Source of the DNA: Azolla caroliniana
Lineage: Eukaryota > Plantae > Polypodiophyta
DNA length: 64,000 bases
NCBI GenBank assembly: GCA_043228905.1
Contig: JBHGNT010000015.1
Span: 19,654,001-19,718,000 of the forward strand
Direction of reading: 5' to 3'
Position 1 is the stretch's first letter; each line of letters starts with the position of its first letter. Below are positions 25,584 through 37,900 of this stretch, one piece after another. A program made the position numbers and the translations under genes. The notes under the pieces are model-generated. The model did not search any database. It worked only from the letters and a program-made list of their open reading frames with translations, and had not been told where the DNA came from.

Positions 25584-27365
25584 TTAGTCCACCCAAAACA
25601 TCCTTGTATCTTCCCAAGCTTTATTATTTATTCTCCGAACTTCAATCTTATTTGCTTCTGCATACATTCCAACAGCTGAATATATGTTCCGCATGCAAAC
25701 ATATGCAGCTCCACATTTTCCATCCAAGTGAACCGACTGTTCAAATGCCCATCTACCAAGATCTACATTAATCCATTTGTGACAAGCACCTAGGAAAGCC
25801 AAGCATAATGTGAGGCGTTCAGATGATGGCACCTTTCCTATCATAATCATGGCTTGGTTAAAGTGCCCAGCTCGGCTGAAAAGATCAACCATACAAGCAT
25901 AGTGTTCTGAAACTGGAGTAAGTGAGTAGGTACTACCCATTTCCTTGAAAACCAACTGCCCTTCTTTGACTAGACCTGCATGACTGCATGCAGTTAGCAG
26001 AAGAAGAAAACTGACCAGACTTGGCATTATACCTTCTGCCATCATTTTGCATAACAAGTAAAATACTCTTTTGATCTGACCTAGTTGGGCATACCCAGAT
26101 ATTAATACATTCCAAGATACAACATCTCGCATTGGAAGGACCTCGAACACTTCTTGAGCTTTTTTAAGAGCACCGCACTTTGTATACATATCAACCAAAG
26201 TATTGGCAAGCACAAGGTTTCTTTCTATTAAGCCTTGTTTGCAAACCTCAGCATGTATCTCTTGACCCATCTGAAAAGAACCCATGTTACCACAGGCTTT
26301 GAAAATGCAAATAAAAGTAACTGCATCTGGAGCAATGTCTTTATCTTGCATCTTCTGAAAGCATTTCAACGCTTCATAACCGAGTCCATGGTGATCATAT
26401 CCTGAGATCAATGCACTCCAAGACCCAACGTTCTGTGTTGGAAGCTCTTCAAATACTTTTTCAGCTTTCATAAACTCTCCACATTTAACATACATATCGA
26501 TCAATGCCGTGCCAAGCACAACATTCTTTTCAAGCAAGCCTTGCTTTCTGACCTCATCATGTATCTCTTCCCCTAATTCTAGAGATCCTACACAGCCACA
26601 AGATTTCAAAACACAAATGAAAGTGACTGAATCAGGTGAGATACCCTCGTCTCTCATCTGGCCAAAGCATTTTAGTGCTTCACCACCGAGACCATGATGG
26701 GCATATCCAGTTATCAATATACTCCATGATATAACATCCCTTACCGGAAGTTGATCAAAGATTTCTTGTGCTTTTCTCAGTAAACCACATTTTGCATACA
26801 TATCTACCAATGCATTACCAAGTATGATGTTCTTTTCTAGCAATCCTTGTTTTGTAACTTCAGCATGTATTTCTTCTCCTGCCTGAAGAGACCCCGTGCT
26901 ACCACAGGCCTTCAGAGCGCACGTAAAAGTAACAGTGTTTGGTAAGACTCTATGTTTTCTCATTTCTTTGAAGATTTCTAGAGCTTCATTGCCAAAGCCA
27001 TGTTGGGCATATCCAGATATCAGTGCATTCCAAGAAACCACACTTAAAAGAGCCTCAGGAATGTTGTGGAAAACTATATTAGCTTCTTCAAAAGCACCAC
27101 ATTTGGCATACATACTTATTAATGCAGTTCCCACATAGATGTCTTCAGGAACCAATCCTTTTAGAATCACATCGGAGTGCATAATTCTTCCTTTGCGCAA
27201 ATCTTTTGTTCTCCCATAAGATTTCAATAGGTTTAGATGAGCGGCCTGCTCTTCGCGAAACCCTAATTTGTCATATTTTCCTGACCTCCTGTCATTGTGC
27301 TTGTGTTCTTCCCAATGAAGCACAAACACACTACCACAAGAAGCATGGATCAAAGACACGGGCAT
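25584..27365 (-). CDS. PLS-class PPR protein with E1/E2 extension, no DYW
   Basis: Repeated ALVDMYAKCG/VSWNALISGYAQHG P-L-S triplets, LTACSHAGLVKEG, EHYACMVDLFSRAG, AAYVCMRNIYS. ORF track opens at TTG 27389; first ATG at 27365. Confidence 0.93.
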   Translation of the reverse strand: MPVSLIHASCGSVFVLHWEEHKHNDRRSGKYDKLGFREEQAAHLNLLKSYGRTKDLRKGRIMHSDVILKGLVPEDIYVGTALISMYAKCGAFEEANIVFHNIPEALLSVVSWNALISGYAQHGFGNEALEIFKEMRKHRVLPNTVTFTCALKACGSTGSLQAGEEIHAEVTKQGLLEKNIILGNALVDMYAKCGLLRKAQEIFDQLPVRDVISWSILITGYAHHGLGGEALKCFGQMRDEGISPDSVTFICVLKSCGCVGSLELGEEIHDEVRKQGLLEKNVVLGTALIDMYVKCGEFMKAEKVFEELPTQNVGSWSALISGYDHHGLGYEALKCFQKMQDKDIAPDAVTFICIFKACGNMGSFQMGQEIHAEVCKQGLIERNLVLANTLVDMYTKCGALKKAQEVFEVLPMRDVVSWNVLISGYAQLGQIKRVFYLLCKMMAEGIMPSLVSFLLLLTACSHAGLVKEGQLVFKEMGSTYSLTPVSEHYACMVDLFSRAGHFNQAMIMIGKVPSSERLTLCLAFLGACHKWINVDLGRWAFEQSVHLDGKCGAAYVCMRNIYSAVGMYAEANKIEVRRINNKAWEDTRMFWVD

Positions 27366-27877
27366 GCTTTCTTTTAAACTGGAGGTCAATAACAGTCATT
27401 TGAGACCATAATTCCATTGAAACTGTGGAGGAAACATAGTTCCATCGAAACCATGGAGGAGCTTTAATCCCATTGAGACTGCAAAGAGACTGTAATTGAA
27501 TGAGACCCTAAGTCCATTGAAGGTCAGATTTTTTGAAGCGGTTTTTCAAAATATAGATAGATAGACAAATACCATTTTGATTTCCATGGAAGACCGATTG
27601 CGATCTAGGTGACAAAAACAGAGGAGATCAGAGCACTTAGAGCAGAGCGGAACAGAGCAGGGTCTATCTCTCATTCATTCATTCATTCATTCATGGGGTG
27701 TTTGTTTATAAAAACTCAGTTTCTCTTAAATGAACCCTGATTTTTGGATATTTACAAAACTAGCCCTTTTCCCATTCCCTCACTTCTTCATAGACTCTTA
27801 GAAATATACCCCCATGTTAGTCAATTCAAATACGCAGACACATTAATAAAGGTCTCTTTGTCTCTCTCTCTCTCTCT

Positions 27878-28400
27878 TATTGTAATTATCTGTGGAATGT
27901 AGGGGGTTGAACCCATGACCCCCTAGTCTCCATTGGGCAACCTTACCAACTGAGCTACATCCATTTGGGCCTTTATCGTAATTATCTTACCCTAGTGGTA
28001 AGTTGCTCCACTACAAGCACTACGCCTTGGGTTTGAAACCCAATTTTCTCACCTCTCTATTATATACTTCAAATATATTCACTAGATGCCACCGTGGAAT
28101 GTAGGGGGTTGAACCCATGACCTCCTGGTCTCCATTGGGCAACCTTACCAACTGAGTTATATCCATCTTCGCCTCCCTCTCTTTTTTTTTATTGTAATTA
28201 CCTTACCCTAGTGGTAAGTTATTAGCATCACAAGCACTGCGTTGTGGGTTCGAAACCCAACTTCCTCACCTTTCTATTATATACTTCTTATATATTTCTT
28301 AATTCACTAGATGCCACTATGGAATGTAGGGGTTGAACCCATGACCACATGGTCTCCATTGGGCAATCTTACCAACTGAGCTACATCCATCTGGGTTTGG
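27878..28400. mobile_element. Three tandem copies (first internally deleted) of the double tRNA-like element, bounded by (TC)n
   Basis: cttaccctagtggtaag..gggttcgaaaccc on +; AT spacer; then ggaatgtagggggttgaacccatgacc..cttaccaactgagctacatcc (tRNA-like on -). Confidence 0.8.
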
Positions 28401-28435
<35 letters not shown>

Positions 28436-28437
<2 letters not shown>

Positions 28438-30537
28438 ATGACTTATCTATGCATTGTAAGAATTTATATGAGTTATCTCTTGTCAAAAAGATTATGTGTT
28501 ATGATTGTCTTTCACATATGTCTCCCTTCTTTACAATTGAAGATATCTACACAGGACTTAAGAAATTGGCCTCTCGAAACGCAAGTGATCTTCAATGTAT
28601 AAAGGTTGAAATGCTCAAATGGACGGGACAGGAAGCATATGTATGGATAGACGATATGTTTAATGATGCATTGCAACATGGTATGCCGTATGATTGGACT
28701 ACAAATTAGATCAAACCTTTACATAAAGGTGGAGATATAAATAATGTAAACAATTATGGAACCATTATGGTTGGCTCATTAATGGCAAAACTATTTGGAT
28801 GTATAATGGAATCAAAGATAAGTGTATGAGCTAAAAAAAATGGTAAGAGAGCTTATGCACAAGCTGGCTTTCGAAAACACCATAGCACCATTGATCACCT
28901 TGTCACCCTTCAAGCATTAATGGAGGAAAGTCGTCTGAGAGGTAAAGGTTTATATTGTTGCTTTGTAGACTTTAAGAAAGCTTTTGATATGGTACCTTGT
29001 GAGCATCTTTGGAGGGGAATGGAAGAACTTGAGGTGCCAAGTGAATATATGCTTGCAATTTCTCGAATTTATGAGAAAGTTATATGTTGTGTGTATGAGA
29101 GATAAACTTTTAGATTTTTTCAATAGCACTATTGGTGTTAAGCAAGGATGCCCACTCTCACCAACACTATTTGGTCTATGCATTGATGAATTGGAATAAA
29201 TGGTTACCAAGTTTGCAAAGGAAGAATGTGTTGAAGAAGTTGCCATTGGGAATGTTGTGATTATACTTTTGCTATATGCAGAAGTAGTGCTTTTTGCAAA
29301 TACTTTAGGAGATGCACAAAAGCTTATGAAGACATTGGAAAAAAATTGCATGCATAATAAATTAAGTGTCAATAGCTCTAAAACAAAAATTATGCTTGTG
29401 AAGAGCCAAACAAGAGATAAACCATGCATTATGTACAACAATGAGCCACTTGAATGTGTGGAAAGCTTCAAATATCTTGGCCTTGAAGTTCCTTCAAATC
29501 ATAGATGGAATGAATGTGCTACACGCCGCTTAGAGGGGGGCAAGCGAGCATACTATGCCTTTGAGAACACGTGCAATTGGAGATATTAAATGTTGGGTCC
29601 TCAAGAAATATCTTTTCGACACTTTGGTGACACCGGTTCTTCTCTATGGGGTGGAAGTATGGGGCGGTAGCATCTCTAAATCTACGTGGAAAGAGTTTGA
29701 AAATGTCCAAAAACATTTTCTTACAAAGTTTCTACAAGTTAAGAAACAAACGCCCTACACCCTCCTCCTCCTTGAGACGGGATCGTTTCCCATTGAGTTC
29801 ATGGCCATGGAAAGGGTTGTTGAATACATGCTTAAGGTTCAAAAAAGTTTGTTACATTGACTTCCTAGAATTGCATGGGAAGCAAGCAAAAAGATCCAAA
29901 AGACGCATAAAAGAAAAATTGTGTGTTCTGGTTGGATGCAAGATATGGTTTGGTAGATGGGATGCGAGACACTTGCTTCATGATGCATCACTAGATTCCT
30001 ATATAAATGAGGCCTTTTTGCAACGCCAATGTATCATGACATGGGACAAATGTGGAGGCTCACGCTTCACACATTATACTACACATGTTGCACCTAACTA
30101 CAAAACCATATTCTTTGTGGAACGGGGAAACCGTACACATTGATACATGTTAGAGCCCATCCCGTTATCTGCCATTCGAACCATTGCTTCCATTCGACTT
30201 AGTTCACATGCATTGCGATATGAGACAGGGCGTTGGGGCACAGGTGATGAGAGTGGTCAACTATGCACACTTTGCCCTAAACAAGTTTGTGAGTCTAAGT
30301 ATCACACTTTGATACAATGTTCTACCTTTGATCATGTTCGACTATGCTTTCCACATCTCTTCGACCGAACCCAATCCTTGCACGAATTTCTCTCACAACC
30401 ACAATGTGCACTCTCAATTGCAACATTCATTGGTAAAGTTCTTGAACATCGAGAGTCACTACTCACTTTCACACGTATCACGTGAAATGTAATATTTTTG
30501 GTCCCATAGGTCATATTTGACCTCCGAAGACGATAAT

Positions 30538-30541
<4 letters not shown>
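28436..30541 (+). mobile_element. 5'-truncated RTE-type LINE (RT plus C-terminal region), inactivated
   Basis: CCFVDFKKAFD, GVKQGCPLSPTLFGLCID, LLYAE (degenerate YADD), FKYLG, LYGVEVWG, RLSSHALRYETGRW, CTLC..E..H..C; stops and frameshifts; (TC)n on both sides. Confidence 0.92.
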
Positions 30542-30596
<55 letters not shown>

Positions 30597-32199
30597 TTTC
30601 TCTTTTTTATCCTTCCGTTTTCTTTCTCTTGTTGGCATGTTTGAGCCCAAGAAAACATTTATGTAACCACATTTTTAAGTTAAAACCTAGGTTTTGCTTG
30701 TTTTTCGTTTACTTGTCGGCTCTTGGAATGCCTACGAGAACACCCTTCCTTTCTCAAATATGACACAAATACCCATGAAGCCTTCTTACATCCATATCCC
30801 GAAGTCTATTGTGAGTGAAGTATCCAATTGGTTGGAGGTATTCTTGTGTTTTCTCTTGCCTTATGCCTCTAATTGTGTTTGCATTGTAGCGAAAACACAC
30901 CATTCAAACTTTTTTTACTATCCGTTGAGAAAAAACACCTTCAACTTGATGAGCATTTATGTGTGAAGATACTGAAGTTTGTCAAAATGACAAAAAAACC
31001 CTCCTTTATGGTTAGAAATTGATTGCCTCATGAATATATGTGTAAGAAACTCATTAATGTTAAGGAAATAAAATAAGGAGGAATAAAGAGACATATTTGA
31101 GTTCCCAATCAACACCCCATACCACATGAGTATAGAGGAGGATCACACGTATGTAGCTAGAGCTTTCTCACATTGACAGAGTCTCCACGTAGTAATTCTT
31201 CTATACTTCATGAAGGCCCTTGACCATTCACACCAAACGACTTCATTCAAAGTGGTGAGTTGATGAAATACTCATTAAGTTATCTCTCATTATAGGATCG
31301 AGAATAACACAACCTTATCTTTTATTCCTTGTGAAATAACCCTTCATTATACCATGTGGTTATGCTTGTCACAATTATAGTCAAGGTTTTTTATTTACAT
31401 AACGATTTTCTCTAGTGAAATTAGTAATGGTTGAAACCTGAAGGGTTATTTTTTCAATCTAGGGGTATGTGCATCCCGGATACATTGTAATGCACATATA
31501 ATGTCATATAGGATAATGACCAATGCAAATAGTAGACAATATCCTCTCCAATCCTACACATCCACAACTTCTTGTGTCAAGCTCTTAGAAGTCTCCAACA
31601 AGGAGAACCCTATGTTGATTGTCAAAGACAAAAGCATATTGCCTATTCGAAATATGCCATTATCCTCAATGCCTAAAGAACATACATATGTTTCAAATAT
31701 GCAAAGAAGTATTTCCTAACTCCATTTGAGGAAACACTTATTGTAAAGGGGAATTTTGACACTTCACTTGATGAAGTTCACACTAAGATATATAATTCCT
31801 AAATCAATGTTGACTATGCTCCTTTGAAACCATGAAAAAGGATGTATCCTATAGATGATGCTATTTGTCAGAAAGCAACTTCTGGAGGAAATCCACCCAC
31901 CATAACCCCTTGAATAAAATCATTCGTTTGGAAGGAAGGCGAGACTTTTGCCACCCTAAGTGCATAACAATTAGCCACAAAAGTATTGAAGCTTTATTCC
32001 CAATTCTCTATTGCCCTCTTTGACCATGCATGCATAATTGGTTTTTACTTTCCCAAGGCTTTTACAACTTGCAAATTGCAATAGTTCAATCTACTACAAG
32101 TGTAACCTTAGTCAAGGCAGGGTAGGGTATTGCATAGTCTGCATTTGTTTTGCAACCTGGGACCATATAACTCGGCATTTCTTTTGAAACTTGGTATGA

Positions 32200-33000
32200 A
32201 TCCAATTCGGTGTCTTGGTCTTGAAACTAAACCAAACCATTTATACATAACGAAAACCTAACCGAAACGTTTTAAGAGCTTCCCACTTCCAAGCCCTTTA
32301 AACAAAACCTTTTATAGAAAAGGTGAAACTGAATCATTTAACGAAAAATAGAACCCAAACCGAACCCTTTAATAAAAAATGTAAACGAAACCATTTAAAC
32401 TAGTTAATTAAACGAAAAAAACATTTAAATAACTAAACATTACGTCAAATTATTGAAATAACTAAACATAAAAAAACCATTAAATCAATCCATTAAGGAA
32501 ATAAAAAACAAAAGGAAAAACCAATAAACCGTGGTTTGAGAACCAAACCTAACCAAATAATTAAGCCATTCAATTAATTAAAACAGTAAACCATTACGGA
32601 GATAAAACCAACTGAAGTAAAAACTAATAAACCTTAGTTTGAGAACAGAACCAGAACGAAACCAAACCGTTTAATCATAATTGAACAACCTAATTGAAAC
32701 CAAATCATTTAATTACAATTGAAACCAAACCAAAATGTTTAATAATATTTGAAAACCAGACCATTTAATTACAATGGAAACCGATAAACCTTAGTTTGAG
32801 AACCAAACCAAAGTATTTTCGAAGCGCTTAATGGTTTGGTTCGGGTTTGAGCCGAAGCAGCAGGTCCATACCTATTGAAAACCAGACCATTTTATTACAA
32901 TTGAAACGGATAAACCTTGGTCTGAGAACCAAACCGAATTATTTTCGAAGCGCTTAATGGTTTGGTTCGGGTTTGAACCGAAGCAGCAGGCCCATACCTA
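32200..33000. repeat. AACC(G)-rich non-autonomous DNA element with terminal ~120-bp tandem duplication
   Basis: Dense aaacc/aaccg motifs; ttttcgaagcgcttaatggtttggttcggg..ccataccta at ~32816 and ~32942. Confidence 0.55.
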
Positions 33001-33377
33001 CATGCTAAACCTTGTCGTAGCTATCCAAAGAGCCATTGTTCTTCTTTGGGATCCCCAACCATGGCATCCCTGCAGATTTCTGATTAAGCAGGCCTAAGGT
33101 TGGGAATCCGAAACAGAGATTATCCATTTGTGTACTTATCTCATGTCTTGAATGAAGACTTGGGTTCTTCTAAAGTCAGTTAGTCTTTCTCCACCAGATG
33201 CTTTGCTGCTTGTTGGGATCCATAACACCATTGTTTGTAAAACAGAGACATCCTATATACTAAAAGAAAGAAAGATAGCAATTCATTCAAAAGGAAAGAA
33301 AGGAAATGCTTAGGAAAGAGAGACAGGTTATGCAAATGTAAGAAAGTAAGATTATCTATGAAAGTTCACGTTGTGGC

Positions 33378-35339
33378 ATGGGTCAAGCCTCCATGGTATG
33401 CCCTCCAGAGGAGATGCTGTGTATACCACATTTGCAAGACAGAAATGCTCTTCTAGGATTGATCAAATCATGTGGAAAGCATAAGGATCTAGTTCGAGCA
33501 AGAAGTATTCACACTGGCATACTTCAAAACAATGCATTGTTTCTTCAAAAGGACATCTATGTATGCACTGCTCTGCTAACCACCTATACAAAATGCGGTG
33601 CTCTTGAAGAAGCACAAAAGCTTTTTGATAACCTCCCCATAGAGTGGAATGTTGTATCTTGGAATGTGTTGATATGTGGTTATGCTCATCATGGCCTATA
33701 TAGAGAAGCGTTGTCTTGCTTCCAGAAGATGCGAGATATCAAGGGTGTCTATCCAAATGTGGTCACCTTGTTATGTGTTTTGAGAGCTTGTAGAAGTACA
33801 CAATCTCTAGATGTTGGAGATGCGATATATGATGAGGCTCGAAAGAAGGGTTTGCTTAGAAAGGAATTATTACTTGGCACTGCATTGGTCAATATGTATG
33901 CAAAATGTGGCATGCTTTTGAAAGCACGAGAAGTGTTTGAAGAACTTCCAGTACGAGATGTTGTGGCTTGGAGTGCCCTTATTGGAGGGTATGTTCACCA
34001 TGGGCTCCCTGAAGAGGCTCTGAAATGCTTTGTTCGGATGCAAAATGAAGGTATATCTCCCAATGCATTCACTTTTGTGAGCATTTTGAAATCTTGTAGC
34101 AACATGGGATTTCTCAAGATGGGAGAAGAGATACATACTCATGTTAAGAAGCAAGGATTATTGGGGAAAAACACTATACTTGGAACCTCATTAATTGATA
34201 TGTATTCAAATTGTGGTGTTGTGGGAAAAGCTCAAGATGTGTTTGATCAACTTCTCGTGCGAGATATCGTATGTTGGAATGCATTAATAACTGGGTATGC
34301 AGAGCATGGAATTGGTCATGAAGCATTGAAACTCTTCAAATCTATGCAAGAGGAAGGAATCATCCCGAATGAGATCACATTTCTTTGTGTTTTGAAAGCT
34401 TGCAGCAACATAGGATCTCTGACGATGGGAAAACAGGTACATACTGAGATTAGCAAGCATGGATTATTGGAAAACAATTTGATGCTCCAAAATACGCTTG
34501 TTGACATGTATGCGAAGTGTGGCGCCCTAAGAGAAGCACAAAAAGTATTTGATGAAATCCCGAAATCTAATGCTGTATCCTGGACTTCACTTATTGCTGG
34601 ATATTTGAGACACGGATGCATTGATAAGGGATTGAGTTTCAATATCAAGGAGATGTATGATAAGGATATTTCTTTAGATGCAGCATCGTTGATGTGCATT
34701 GTGAAAGCTTGTGGGAGCATGGGCTTGGTTGAGTTAGGAGAAAAGATTTACACCGATGTTAGAAAGAATGTATCATTAAGAACAGACATGGCACTTGGTA
34801 ATACATTGTTGGACATGTATGCAAAATGTGGTATGCTTGGAAAAGCTCAAGAAATATTCGAAGAGCTCGAAGCACAGGATATTGTATCATGGAATGCACT
34901 CATGGCTGGGTATGCTCACATGGGTGAGGCAAAAAGGGTTTTGGAGTTATTCAGGAAAATGATGACAATAGGAAGAACCATGCCAGATGTGGTCACTTTC
35001 CTTGCTATGCTCACAGCATGTAGTCATTCAGGTCTAGTAGAATGGGGAAATTTTTTGTTGAATGAGATGACTACTTGCTATTCTCTTACTCCAACTCTAG
35101 AACATTACACTTGTGTTGTTGATCTATTTGGTCGAGCTGGACAGTTTGAAGAAGCTTTAATTTCTTTTGAAAAGGTGCCATGTTCAAATCATCTTCCACT
35201 TTGCTTGGCTCTTTTGGGTGCTTGTAGCTGTAAATCAGTAAACATGAGGCTTGCAAGATGGGCCTTTGAGCAATCACTGTGCATGGATGAAAACTGTGCT
35301 GCTGCATACATTTGCATGGGCAATGTGTATGCATTCTAG
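33378..35339 (+). CDS. PLS-class PPR protein ending in the E region, no DYW
   Basis: 653-aa ORF of PLS triplets, ACSHSGLVEWG, EHYTCVVDLFGRAG, AAAYICMGNVYAF*. Confidence 0.93.
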   Translation: MGQASMVCPPEEMLCIPHLQDRNALLGLIKSCGKHKDLVRARSIHTGILQNNALFLQKDIYVCTALLTTYTKCGALEEAQKLFDNLPIEWNVVSWNVLICGYAHHGLYREALSCFQKMRDIKGVYPNVVTLLCVLRACRSTQSLDVGDAIYDEARKKGLLRKELLLGTALVNMYAKCGMLLKAREVFEELPVRDVVAWSALIGGYVHHGLPEEALKCFVRMQNEGISPNAFTFVSILKSCSNMGFLKMGEEIHTHVKKQGLLGKNTILGTSLIDMYSNCGVVGKAQDVFDQLLVRDIVCWNALITGYAEHGIGHEALKLFKSMQEEGIIPNEITFLCVLKACSNIGSLTMGKQVHTEISKHGLLENNLMLQNTLVDMYAKCGALREAQKVFDEIPKSNAVSWTSLIAGYLRHGCIDKGLSFNIKEMYDKDISLDAASLMCIVKACGSMGLVELGEKIYTDVRKNVSLRTDMALGNTLLDMYAKCGMLGKAQEIFEELEAQDIVSWNALMAGYAHMGEAKRVLELFRKMMTIGRTMPDVVTFLAMLTACSHSGLVEWGNFLLNEMTTCYSLTPTLEHYTCVVDLFGRAGQFEEALISFEKVPCSNHLPLCLALLGACSCKSVNMRLARWAFEQSLCMDENCAAAYICMGNVYAF

Positions 35340-35349
35340 TGCTGCCCAC

Positions 35350-35611
35350 GTGATCTATTTGGTCAGCTGGATAGTTGTTGATCTATTTGGTTGAGCTGGA
35401 CAGTTTGAAGAAGCTTTAATTTCTTTCGAAAAGGTGCCATCTTCAAATCATCTTCCACTTTGCTTGTCTCTTTTGGGTGCCTGTAGCTGTAAATCAGTAA
35501 ACATGAGGCTTGCAAGATGGGCCTTTGGACAATCACTGCGCATGGATAAAAACTGTGCTGCTGCATACATTTGTATGGGCAATGTGTATGTATTCTAGTG
35601 CAGCCCACGTG
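35350..35611 (+). repeat. Tandem duplicate of the PPR 3' end (E region), frameshifted
   Basis: Near-identical copy of ~35115-35351 (gatctatttgg...cccacgtg), preceded by a short partial copy. Confidence 0.9.
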
Positions 35612-37180
35612 TCCAAATTCAAAAGCTTCATCAAACGGAAAACTTGAATATTGAGAATGGACATGGAATTATTATGATATGAAAGCTACAGCTAAGATAA
35701 GAGATTTTCAGAATATTGACGAAAAGCTAGAGGAAAGGCAGGGAAAAGATTCTACATGAATTCCCCTCTGTGACGATTACCTTTTGGCACCTTGCTTCAA
35801 AAAAAGCCACTCAAACTTAACACTTTTGAAATCACCAAGGTGGAGGTTGGTATTTTTCTGGTGAGTGACATTATTCTACAGATATGTAATTTACTTTGAT
35901 ATTTCTGGAGTCATTAACAAAGTGTCCCTCCACCCCCAGGTTTTGTTTCAAGAGTAAACAAATTCAAGAGTAATCATGTGTTGAATGCTTCTGGAACAAT
36001 TGTCATTCTGAATGCCATGCTAATGGGGATGGATTCTTTGATTAACAATAACAATGGTATGAGTCTTGAGATAATATTTGCTTTGAATTGTTTTGATGTC
36101 AAGATGAATTTCCAAGTGATAGTCCAGACATAACAGCAGCCCTAACCTCATGGATAAGCGTCTAAAGTTGTATGCAAAAAGTCACTCTCTTTGAGAAGCA
36201 ACCAAAATACTTCGAATACAGTTAATACTTGTGCCAAGGATTACAGGAAGCCGGCATACTAAGATTTATCCTTGATCAAAATGTAATTATAATGATAATT
36301 ATGCCAATGTAAAAGGGACCACATATAACACTCTTGCAGTTTAATGACTTATTTAATTCCACCTTGAACAAGTTTGTGTCAACTAAATCAGCGAAGTGGA
36401 TACTTTACTCCTACCTTTCTATTATTCTGAACAAATTTAGCACAATAACAATTCATTGACAAACCAACCACTTAGGAGGAGACCACAAAAATTAAGAATT
36501 ACAGTTATGATCCTCATGATGCATAGATTAGCATTGACAACCATGCCAGCTTGTAAAACCTTGAACTGTTGAACCACATCATAATAGATGTTAGCTGAAA
36601 GAATCATATGAGATAGATAGATTGAGATAAATATTTTATAGCAGACCACAAAGAGGCCAATATTGATCCATGTGACCTAAAAATTTGGACCATTTCTCAA
36701 TTTATGCCTGTCATCCCCAAACCATACCATTGAATAGAGGAGATTAATGACAAGAAATTGGAACTTTTCCATTACCAGCAATCCAGAATCATAATTGAAG
36801 CCATAGGCTTCCTTATCATAAAATCATATATATTTGACATGCTAGATCATAAAACCATACACCTTTATAGATTAGATCATAGAACTGTAACCATAAGCTT
36901 TTACATAATCATAAAGCCATATACCTTCAGATGTGATGATCATAAGACCACACTCCTTTCCATACTAGTTCAAATAATATACTCTACATTCTAGGCTATA
37001 AAACCTACAAACTCCAAACTAAAACCATAGAAATCACATACAAGTTCATAAAAGCATGTAGGTCACATTAAAAAAATCATGAAACCATATAATTAATCAT
37101 AGCACATAATAGATGCTAGACAAGCATATATCTAAGAATCATAACACATTATATGATTGATGAAGTGGACCTTTTCATTA

Positions 37181-37900
37181 TTATTCAGAGGCATGATCAT
37201 GATCTCCTAGGAAAATCAAACCATACTCATTACCCAACTTCAAAGCAAGTGTTAGGTCTTCTTTGGTGACTTGAGGAGATGGTTCCGAAGGATCAGTGAC
37301 TTGTTTACCGATATCAAGGAACCACTTCTCAAACCCTCCGGGCGCATATGTAAGCACCATGTGTGCATTCTTGTTTGATCGATTTGCGAATGTATGCGGA
37401 ACATGTCTTGGTAAATGAATAAATGAACCTTTGGTTGCATTGAACTCTTCATCCCCAACTTTCCATACTAGCTCCCCATCAAGCATATACCATGTCTCAT
37501 CTTCTTTGGTGTGTATATGAGGGGGAGGGCCAATGCCAGGTGGCACTATGTCTTCAAAGAGAGAGTATGATCCTCCGGTCTCATTACTAAGGGCTTTGAG
37601 AGTAACCAACACTCCTAAGACCCATAGAGTTATACCTTCTCCTGTAAGAAAACCATTTGATGATCATAGATATATGTGTATGTGTATGTAGGACAGCACA
37701 TATGCATATGCGGATATTATATTTGTATATGTATATGGTCACACCCTATAATGGAGAGATCTTATTAATCTTAAGGTAATCCATTTCAAAACATGGAAAG
37801 AAAAGAAATGTATGGAAGTACCTTCATTGACAATATTCACTGGTGGTGGAGTAAAGAGAGCATTGAAATGGGTCACAGAATTTGCAAACATATGATCCAT
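37181..37900 (-). CDS. Quercetin 2,3-dioxygenase (QueD)-like monocupin, 179 aa, 2 exons
   Basis: Exon 1 37900-37822 (MDHMF..PPVNIVNE), GT-AG intron 37821-37642, exon 2 37641-37181; 540 nt in frame. Metal motif PPPHIHTKEDE (HxHx4E) plus PHTF; ETGGSYSLFE and PGGFEKWF motifs. Confidence 0.88.

Noticed and set aside
31050-32150. Possible decayed retroelement between the RTE LINE and the PPR gene
   Set aside because: Only faint hints; no motif I can support.
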